DNA of 64,000 nt, taken from the NCBI GenBank assembly GCA_003971905.1, contig RSEE01000154.1, forward strand, positions 1-64,000, written 5' to 3'. This stretch comes from Moniliella sp. 'wahieum'. Lineage: Eukaryota. Position 1 is the stretch's first letter; the number at the start of each line of letters is the position of its first letter. Below, one piece after another: positions 1 to 8,735 of this stretch. The notes below the pieces were generated by a model. It made no database searches and was not told the DNA's origin. It was given only the letters and a program-made list of their open reading frames with translations. The position numbers were made by a program, and so were the translations under genes.

Positions 1-711
1 GCTACCCGAAGGGAGAGAGTTATGCCGAGGCGATAGCGAGCTACCGAAGGGGAGAGAGTTATGCCGAGGCGATAGCGAGCTACCCGAAGGGGGAGAGAGT
101 TATGCGAGGCGATAGCGAGCTACCGAAGGGGAGAGAGTTATGCCGAGGCGATAGCGAGCTACCCGAAGGGAGAGAGTTATGCCGAGGCGATAGCGAGCTA
201 CCGAAGGGGAGAGAGTTATGCCGAGGCGATAGCGAGCTACCCGAAGGGGAGAGAGTTATGCCGAGGCGATAGCGAGCTACCCGAAGGGGAGAGAGTTATG
301 CCGAGGCGATAGCGAGCTACCCGAAGGGGAGAGAGTTATGCCGAGGCGATAGCGAGCTACCCGAAGGGGAGAGAGTTATGCCGAGGCGATAGCGAGCTAC
401 CCGAAGGGGAGAGAGTTATGCCGAGGCGATAGCGAGCTACCCGAAGGGGAGAGAGTTATGCCGAGGCGATAGCGAGCTACCCGAAGGGGAGAGAGTTATG
501 CCGAGGCGATAGCGAGCTACCCGAAGGGGAGAGTTATGCCGAGGCGATAGCGAGCTACCCGAAGGGGAGAGAGTTATGCCGAGGCGATAGCGAGCTACCC
601 GAAGGGGAGAGAGTTATGCCGAGGCGATAGCGAGCTACCCGAAGGGGAGAGAGTTATGCCGAGGCGATAGCGAGCTACCCGAAGGGGAGAGAGTTATGCC
701 GAGGCGATAGC
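1..711. repeat. 40-bp tandem satellite, ~17-18 copies, running off the window start
   Basis: Unit CCGAAGGGGAGAGAGTTATGCCGAGGCGATAGCGAGCTAC repeats head-to-tail. It is exactly in 40-bp phase from 241 to about 530; copies differ almost only in G/C run length. Confidence 0.97.
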
Positions 712-1390
712 TCGCTAGGAAATCGTCCGCTCTATGCAGCATATGCCCTCCGTTTTTCGATTGGACCACCCGTTCAAAAGTTACACCCCCCCATCCCTAA
801 CCCTACCCACCCCGACCCAACCCACCCCACCCTCCGATGGCCTCGACGATAGCTCGCTACGAAATCGTCCGCTCTATGCAGCATATGGCCTCCGTTTCTC
901 GATTGGACGCACCCTTGACAAGTTACACCCACCCATCCCTAACCCTACCCACCCGACCCACCCCACCCACCCTCCGATGGCCTCGACGATAGCTCGCTAC
1001 GAAATCGTCCGCTCTATGCAGCATATGGCCTCCGTTTCTCGATTGGACGCACCCTTGACAAGTTACACCCACCCATCCTAACCCTACCACCCCGACCCAC
1101 CCCACCCACCTCCGATGGCCTCGACGATAGCTCGCTACGAAATCGTCCGCTCTATGCAGCATATGGCCTCCGTTTCTCGATTGGACGCACCGTTGACAAG
1201 TTACACCCACCCATCCCTAACCCTACCCACCCCGACCCACCCCACCCACCCTCCGATGGCCTCGACGATAGCTCGCTACGAAATCGTCCGCTCTATGCAG
1301 CATATGGCCTCCGTTTCTCGATTGGACGCACCGTTGACAAGTTACACCCACCCATCCCTAACCCTACCCAACCCAACCCAACCCACCCCA
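705..1390. repeat. ~140-bp tandem satellite (~5 copies) containing telomere-like CCCTAACCCTACCC tracts
   Basis: CCTCGACGATAGCTCGCTACGAAATCGTCC recurs at 841, 981, 1119 and 1260, with a diverged partial first copy from ~705. Each unit ends in CATCCCTAACCCTAC plus a C/A-rich tract. Confidence 0.95.
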
Positions 1391-1427
1391 GAGCTTGTAC
1401 GATTCTCACCAACCGGGCTCGCGATTC

Positions 1428-1725
1428 TTCACCAAGTGGTTTTTGGAACAAGGTGGGGGCCGATTTCAAATTGAAAATCACCAATTGATGCTGACAACAT
1501 ATGTCTAGGCCAGCCAGAGGAACGATTTCTACCCAAACGCCTCCACGTAGACGGCATGGGGGCTACCCAGGTACTTTTTGTTCCTCTGGCACTCAATCCA
1601 GGAGCGGAATCTTCCCATCCATTCCGGAAAATATGTCTAGGGTTTTCACCTAGTGGTTTTGGAACAAGGTGGTGGCCGATTTCAAATTGAAAATCACCAA
1701 CTAGTGCTGACAACATATGTCTAGG
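1428..1725. repeat. Two ~80-bp direct repeats (~1428-1509 and ~1645-1725)
   Basis: Shared TTCACC(A/T)AGTGGTTTT(T)GGAACAAGGTGG.GGCCGATTTCAAATTGAAAATCACCAA.....TGCTGACAACATATGTCTAGG. A third ATATGTCTAGG lies at ~1631. Confidence 0.9.
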
Positions 1726-2874
1726 ACCATGGTGTGCCGAGGGATAGTATGGGCTGGCCAGGAGGATGCGGGTGGAAGGGAGGAAAGGAGGGCAGAGGGG
1801 AAGACGTGTCGGTATATATACAACGTCCAAGTGAAGGGTGCATATGGGAGGAGCGTGAGAGGGCGTCGGAAGAGAAGGAGAAAAGGCACCGGCGCAGTGT
1901 AAAACACAAGGACGCGACGAAACGGCCTGTGGAACAGATGCGACGGCACTGGAGCGCAGTAGGAGAAGGCCACTCCTCTGCCTCCCTCGTCTCGTGCGGC
2001 GCTCGGAAGCTCCGCACCCTCTGAACGTCCCAGCCAACTCAGTGCGAGAGTCTCTCGTGCCTTTCACCCAGTCCTCGAGCCGATCGGCCCTGGCTCCTAC
2101 TACTACTTACTAGAATCCGGCCCAGGTTGAGTCTCGCCAGAACAAATCATCTCGCGAGCGGAGGCCCGCTGAGGCCTCTTCCCCATTGCTCTCGCCCCCG
2201 ACATGGCGTACGAGGCGGACACAATGGCCAGGACGGCATGGTGCCAAAGGGACGAAGAGGGACTGATGTCCACAACGAACACCAGTCGGTACAATGAAAG
2301 AGAGGAGACAGGGCAACTGAGTAATGATATGCGCCCACACTGATCGATGACGCGAACGATCTGTTGCACAGTATATATTAGTACCACCGCATATTAGTAC
2401 TGCGAGGATCATGCATCTCTTCGAGTGGTTACGGACACATCCAATCGCTGGAGCATACCACTCTGCAGCCAGGGAATACCACAGATCCACAGTGCTTCAA
2501 ATGGCAGATGAAGACGGAAGAGTGAGGCCAAGATGTACATCATGATCTCCTTTCAATGTCTCCTCTCCGATCATATTCCTTCTGTCGCCGGTACTATACT
2601 CCCCCCGAACGCACATGGATTGCAGCGGGGCGAGGGCAAAAGCCTGTCCGATCCGACTGGGCGTCTGCCATTCCTACTCTACAGACTTGTCCCAGTCACC
2701 CCAACCTTCCAACACGCAGATGATGAGCAAACAATATGCATATGAGTGTGGTCCACCAGTGCCACTGGCGCCTGTGAGCACAAGTAGACTTTTGAGAGGG
2801 GGCCAGTGCGGGCCCCCAAGGCATCATCGGGGGAGGGGAGACAAACGAGGGACGATGGTAGCACCAGGCACGTA

Positions 2875-3281
2875 CTATACCGAGTCGTCGTTTGCAGGCG
2901 GCACCGCCATCTCCGAAGGGCCACGGCCGCCGAGGTATCTTGCAGGCGAGCGAGGGGCAGGGCCATGTTCATGTCCTTGCCCGAGAAGAGCGAATGGTTG
3001 TGGAGTGCGGCCAAGCCAATGTCCTCGTACTCGCGAAGAAGGGTGCGCACCTGCTTCACCACCATCCGAGGGAAGGCGTGGCACTCCATCCGGTCCAGCA
3101 GCCACTGCGCCGCGTCGAGGTGGCCGGCAACGAGCTCGACTTGGATCATGACAAGGTACGTCGACGTGTCGCGGGCGGTGGAGTGCCATGGGTTGAGCGT
3201 GGCCGCCGCTGGTGGCGGCGATCGTGGCGGAGCGGCGGCGGGTGGGGAGGTGGAGGTGGAAATGGGAATGGCAGTGGGCAT
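2875..3281 (-). CDS. Orphan hypothetical protein with a Pro/Ala-rich N-terminus and a helical-looking core
   Basis: MPTAIPISTSTSPP...YLVMIQVELVAGHLDAAQWLLDRMECHAFPRMVVKQVRTLLREYEDIGLAAL reads as amphipathic protein sequence. No family recognised; both ends uncertain. Confidence 0.35.
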
Positions 3282-3357
3282 GGGAGGGGGGGGGTAGTGC
3301 GGGAGGGGACACGCGGATCGGCAGGAGGCGGGGAGGCGGCACGGTCCACCTCGGGCG

Positions 3358-4112
3358 GTGCAGGCCATTCGTGAGGATGAGCCAGTACCACCCCGGGTCA
3401 CGGTCGATGCCGATGGTGTTTCCCTCAACTTGGTGTTCATTGATGAATGGGGACGTACAGAGGGATTCAGCAAGTTGTTCAAAAAGTACTTTCGCTTTGG
3501 TGCCTCGGCTACAAACCCGTTTATCATCGTATGCCCAAAGTGCCCCCCGGACGAGGAGGACAAGGAGAATGGACATGGGTTGGGGGCCGTAAAGCGGGGA
3601 AAAAAAAGTGCGCACAGTATGCGTGAAGCAGGGCAGAGACCCGGGCAAGACGCTCCCGGGCGCTACCCTCAGTTCTCTGTCAAATGTGGTGCTTGCGGAA
3701 GCAAGAACAGCATGAAGGTTATGAAGCCGGTCTTTTAGGCTCTAACAGTATTGTGTTGAGTGTGCATCAAGGCGACTGACTAACTGGCGAACACATTAAG
3801 ACGGAAGAGAATCTACGTTCAAGCGTCGAAGCTAGGCACGAAGTCGATCACTAGCTCGATATGGTCGTCCAGAACGACGTTCGGGTTGATGATCGAGCAA
3901 GACAGACGGGGGTGGACGACAAGTCTTTGAAGGACGCCTCCTTTCTCTTGTCGAAGTACCGCAAGATTCTGGAGGACTCGGCAGGGACATGTACTAATAG
4001 CAACAAACGTAAGAGGCCATTTCCCGATTTCGCCTCCGGGCCCCCCGAGAGCTACTGGATGAGTTCAAGAAAGACGGGATGGGACGTCGGCGGTGCGGCG
4101 CTACGTGCTTAA
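3358..4112 (+). CDS. Orphan protein with a CxxC...CxxC putative zinc ribbon, possibly spliced
   Basis: IIVCPKC...FSVKCGACGS in ORF 3358-3738. A branch-like CTGACTAAC at 3776-3784 and an acceptor TAAG at 3800 precede further open frames. Confidence 0.35.
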
Positions 4113-4947
4113 CCACTTTGTCAACTCTGCCTCTCCCCACACCGCGACATCCTGTGCGACTTGCTGAATTTGCCTTTGCCCACAGGACTGTCCGGTCGAG
4201 GGCGATAATGTCCATCGACGGACGACATTGTGCGGGCAGTATAATCATATATCGATGAAGACGGTTCCAAATGAGCTAAGAATGATGTTATGATAAGTGT
4301 ATCCACCACTGTTGTATACTCTTCAAGCTTCACCATCAGTCTACAAGTGTTTTTGACGGTGGCGAGGTCCGCAAGGTCCGATAGAATTGTGGGCCAGAAA
4401 TTTCGATTAGCTATCAGTGGTTCCAACAACTATTTGGAGCTACTCCGGTGGGTGAGTGGAGACAAGAGAGCTGGTCGAACAGGCGGCTCTTCCGGGGTGG
4501 AGTGTGTCTCGAAGAAGGGTGAGGGGGAAAAGAATGATGGTGATCGGCTTTGGCCATCACAATTGGATCTAAGAACACTGAGGCTGACTTTATAGAAGAG
4601 AAGGAGAACAACGCCTACTACCTAGGGAAGACCAATAGGTCTACAGCGAAAAGGGGAAACGAGGAAAGGGGCAGAAGATTGTGTGATGGATTCTAGATGA
4701 GCGCGAGTGGTGAAGAGACGATTGTTGTGGGCTTTGTATATTTGCCGAGAATCCGAGCCGCGATAGCGAGCTATAGATAGAGAACTTGTGAGTAGTGATA
4801 GACAGAGAAGCCGAGAAGCGAGAGCGACGGTAAGAGAGCGGAGGGGTGGCTGTGCAAAAAGGGGACTTGATCGTTGCGGCGACGTGACACAGCTCGTCTT
4901 CTCCTACGACGATGCATTGATCCATTCAGCTTTGGACGCGATTCCTT

Positions 4948-6526
4948 TCAGTCTTGGACGAGGAACAAGGGCGTGGTAGGAGGATCCTTGCGTACTTCAA
5001 ATCCGGGTGCAGCAGGGCGCAGAATACGCTGCACCAGCTGATCCACCCCCTTTTCAAACTCTTTCCGTGCGGAAGCGACAGCTTCAGGAGAAGGATCCGG
5101 ACGTGAGCGATCCAAATCCAGGTCCTCTTGTTCATGCTCGCTCTTGGAATCCTCGTACTCCCACGCAACCCTTCTCACCCAGTCGTCATACAAGGCACCC
5201 TCCTGGAGCTGATACAGCGTCGCAACGCTCACGCAACGTGGTACCCGGGGTGGTTGCAAGTCGGCGTAGCTGGAGCGCCTCTTCGTGCCACGTTTGTTCC
5301 ATGCTCTCCGGATCATCATTGTCCATAATATCAGTGTTGTGGCTAAACCGATTGATCCGTGAGAACTCATACGTTCCTATCTCCTCTCTCCAGAGGTTGA
5401 CTTGCGCCTCGGGGAAGAGAACGTTAGGGTGCACACGCACCTTGGTGGCATGCAACCGTCCGTGCTTTTCCTTAATGCTCACCTCGATGGGGCTAGCAGG
5501 CGAGGGGTTCGATCGGCCCTGATCCAGCTTCCAACACACCGCCGCCCACAGACTGTCGCGCTCGATCGAAACGGTCCAGCTTCGAGCTGCAAGTAAGTGT
5601 GCACTCGCTCCGAAATTGTCTGTCCCGGTCGGTGAGCGAGTGCTTGGACCTCCATGGTAAGTAGGTGATGTTTTTGCGCAACATCTGCTGGTACTCAGGG
5701 TCGAGCTCGTCGCCACGGAATAGGCAAGGAGGAGGGGGGGCCAGGGGCGATACCTCCTGAGGGAGCGGTGGCCCCGCCTCAGTCCCATTCACCTTGAACG
5801 GAACTTTCATCTCCCACTGCCTGCTCAAGTGGTACCTGGACAAATCTCTCTCGGCTTCAGGAAAGAGAGCGTTGGCATGTACAGTGAGCGAGTCGAGGAA
5901 CTGCAAGCCGTCGGGCTCGGTGTGAACGGTAACGTGGATGGGGTGGGCGCGGTCAGCGTCGGAAAGAGGGGGGGCGGGATGAACTGGCAGAGTGGCCACC
6001 CGTAACAACTCATGGCTCATATGTTGGGTCCAGAGCCAAAACGGGTCCTCGTCGACGATTCCGGCGAAACGCGCGGACTGGATCTGCCAGAACAGAGCCT
6101 CGCGCTCGTCGTACGGTGCACCAGCTAGGACTGCATCGTTGAGCTTTTCAGCCAGCACAGCGAGCGCAGCCAAGTCGAGAGCAGGGGGGGGTGGCGGCCT
6201 GCGTCCGTCACATGTCCCACGGCGGCCCTTGGGAGCGAGTTTTCAAAGGTGGAAAATCTCTGCCACACTTGCGCCTGGTCCACAGGATCGACATCCGGGA
6301 AGATGAGGGGACCTTCGAGGTGGACCTGGGAGGCTGTCGACATCCAGCCTTCAGGGTCAGGGGCAACGCAGACGATTGCGGGGCGGAGCGGGACGGTGGC
6401 CAGGTCGGCACAGGAAGGCAAGGCTGGAGGTGGAGCGGACATGGGCACGGACACGTCGGCCGCACGCGAATCGCCAGTCAGGGCGAGAGTGAGCGCGACG
6501 GGCAGGGAGAGGGCAAGGAAACGCAT
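4948..6526 (-). CDS. Putative secreted protein (~520 aa) with three ~148-aa internal repeats; frameshifted in this assembly
   Basis: N-terminus MRFLALSLPVALTLALTGDSRA is signal-peptide-like. Overlapping ORFs 6125-6754, 5493-6173, 5186-5788 and 4948-5370 join into one protein, and a P-x-h-V...G...h-F-P-[DE] motif recurs about every 445 nt. Confidence 0.65.
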
Positions 6527-7327
6527 GTGGGAGGCAGTCGACAGGCAGCCTGTCCTGCGCACTTTTGTAGCAAAAGGGGGGCGAGCCAATGTGCCACCGC
6601 GGTTGACGTTGCCGGTGAACGCTGGGGAATGGTGAACGTTGGTGCGTTGATGGTGGTGCGGGGGGAGGAAGGGCAGAACCGCGCTCAGGCGCTCATCACC
6701 GTATCGACATTCAAAGGGCACGCATCGTTCGTATGCCCAACCAGAGCGCATCACGCATCACGAAGTACACTACGATTTGAATTTGCCTTCAAGGGACCGG
6801 CGACCCGCCTGGACCATGTGGCCCAGTCACGCGTCACGAGTGACTAGCTAGTGACTAGTGACCAGTGACCAGGGAACGTTGAAGCCTAGCTTGAAGCAGC
6901 TCCGCGCACCTGTCCGTCACAACACCAAATTTGCAGGCCAACCGCAGGGCCACACAGGCGCTGTGTGCCCCTGCCGCTTGCCCTCGGCAGGATGTTTGGG
7001 GTTTGGGGGCATGCGATTCGATCAGATCTTCTCAGAGTCATGGGAGTCACTCACTTGGTAGTCATCTGCCGCAAAGTCGGCCTATAGTTCGTCCTACTAC
7101 CACCAGGAATACGTCTGAAGGGACGGCGACACGAGGGAGATGGGGCGAGCAGGCAACCTGCCAGAGAAGCTCTTCCGCCCGGGTAGGCGAGTGTCACATC
7201 GATCAAGCGAGGGCGGTGCAGGGGGACCCTAGTAGTCGCACTAGCACTCGCCTCTCACAACGCGCAACGTCTGATGAATCTGATTGGCGCGGGGGGGTAG
7301 GAGAGTAGGCGGGGACAAAAGAAATAC

Positions 7328-7419
7328 GGGGTGCGGCCGGGATCGAACCGAGGACGAGCGGTGCTGGTTGCTTACCCAGACGCGAAGGGCGCATGCGACC
7401 ACTGCAGCACCAAGCGCCA
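7328..7419 (-). ncRNA. tRNA-like / Pol III element (degenerate or mis-assembled tRNA; identity unresolved)
   Basis: Minus strand has an A-box-like TGGTGCTGCAGTGG, a D-arm GTGC..GCAT, a perfect B-box GGTTCGATCC (7340-7349), a 3' CCGCACCCC and a downstream T-run. The anticodon stem does not close canonically. Confidence 0.45.
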
Positions 7420-7689
7420 GGGGCGGCGCGCGGGAGGCGGCGGGGGCGGAGGTGGGCGGCGCAATCGGACGACCCCGGGCGATCAGCATCGCCTCAGCCG
7501 CGGGCGGGGGCGGGTGGTGTGGTGTGGTGCGGGCGCAGCGCAGGGGCAGTGCGCGCGCCGCCGCGTAGGGTTGGGGTGGGCGATGCGCGGGGGCGGGCGG
7601 CTCGGGGCGAGTGTGTGGCGCGTCGGGCGCAGCAGCCGGGTGGGCGAGGGTGGGGCCGGCACGGCGGCGCTGTGGCTGCGCGCAGGCGG

Positions 7690-7796
7690 GGCGCAGGGGG
7701 CGCACGGAGGCGCACGCAGGCGCACGGGGGCGCACGCAGGCGCACGCAGGCACTGGCACGCACTGGCGCGCACGCGGCGGCGCAGGCGGGGCGCAA
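7690..7796. repeat. Degenerate 10-bp GGCGCACGCA tandem repeat upstream of SSD1
   Basis: GGCGCAC(G) recurs at ~10-bp spacing. Confidence 0.7.
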
Positions 7797-7919
7797 GCGA
7801 CGCGCAGCCAACACCACCCGCCGGCGCCCTCGCTCCGCCCGCCGCATCCACCCAGCTCCCCCGGCGCCCAACACCAACACCCAACACTCGTTTCGCTACC
7901 CGCCGCGTCGCTGCCGCCC

Positions 7920-8700
7920 ATGCCGCCCCGCCGCCCCCCGCCGCCTCCTCCTCGCCCGCGCCCCCGTCGGCCGGCCCCCCGCCCTCCGACCTCGCCCGCA
8001 TCCACGAGGACGACGAGAACGCCCACGCCCCCCACACCCACACCCACGCCCACTCCCACGGCTTCGCCGGCACCAGCGCCTTCCAGCACGCCATGGCCCG
8101 CTCCCACGCCAACGCTCAGCTCCCCCCCCGCCGCCAGCACACCGCCGCATCAGCCTCCAGACCCGCCCCACCGCCGCCGCCGCCGCCGCCGCCGCCCACC
8201 CCCGCCCCCAACCCCCACGAGTACGACGACGGCACGGCCACCGACGACGGCGCCTCCACCGTCGCCTCCTTTGCCACCGACTCTGCCTTCGACCCCACCC
8301 GCGCCCCCTGCGCCCCGCCGTCGCCCTCGGAGCTGGCCCTGCCGCTGGCTCCGCCGCCTCCCGCCACGCCCCGCCCTCCGCATCCGACTGGCGCCGCTAC
8401 CCGCGACGCATGCCAAGGCCGTCTCCGTCGCCCCGGTCCCAGCCAGCTCAACGGCGGCCCCGGTGCCTTGCCCGCCGGCTTCCCCGCCCAGGCCCACCAG
8501 CGCCGCGCTTCCTTTGGCGTTGCGTCGTCCCAGCCGCCCGATGCGATGCAGGACTATGTCTCGGCCCAGCATGCTGCGCTGCAGCAGCAGATCGATGTAG
8601 GTCGTCTCCCGTTTCTGTCCGTGCGTTGGCACGGCACCCACTGACCCGTCTGCTTCTCTCCTCCTTCCAGTTCCTTAAAATGCAGCAGCAGTCGCTTGCC

Positions 8701-8735
<35 letters not shown>

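Noticed and set aside
1..1390. CRISPR array, or ORFs 734-1474 as real genes
   Set aside because: The repeats are head-to-tail with no unique spacers, there are no cas genes, and the context is eukaryotic. The ORFs are just translations of the satellite.
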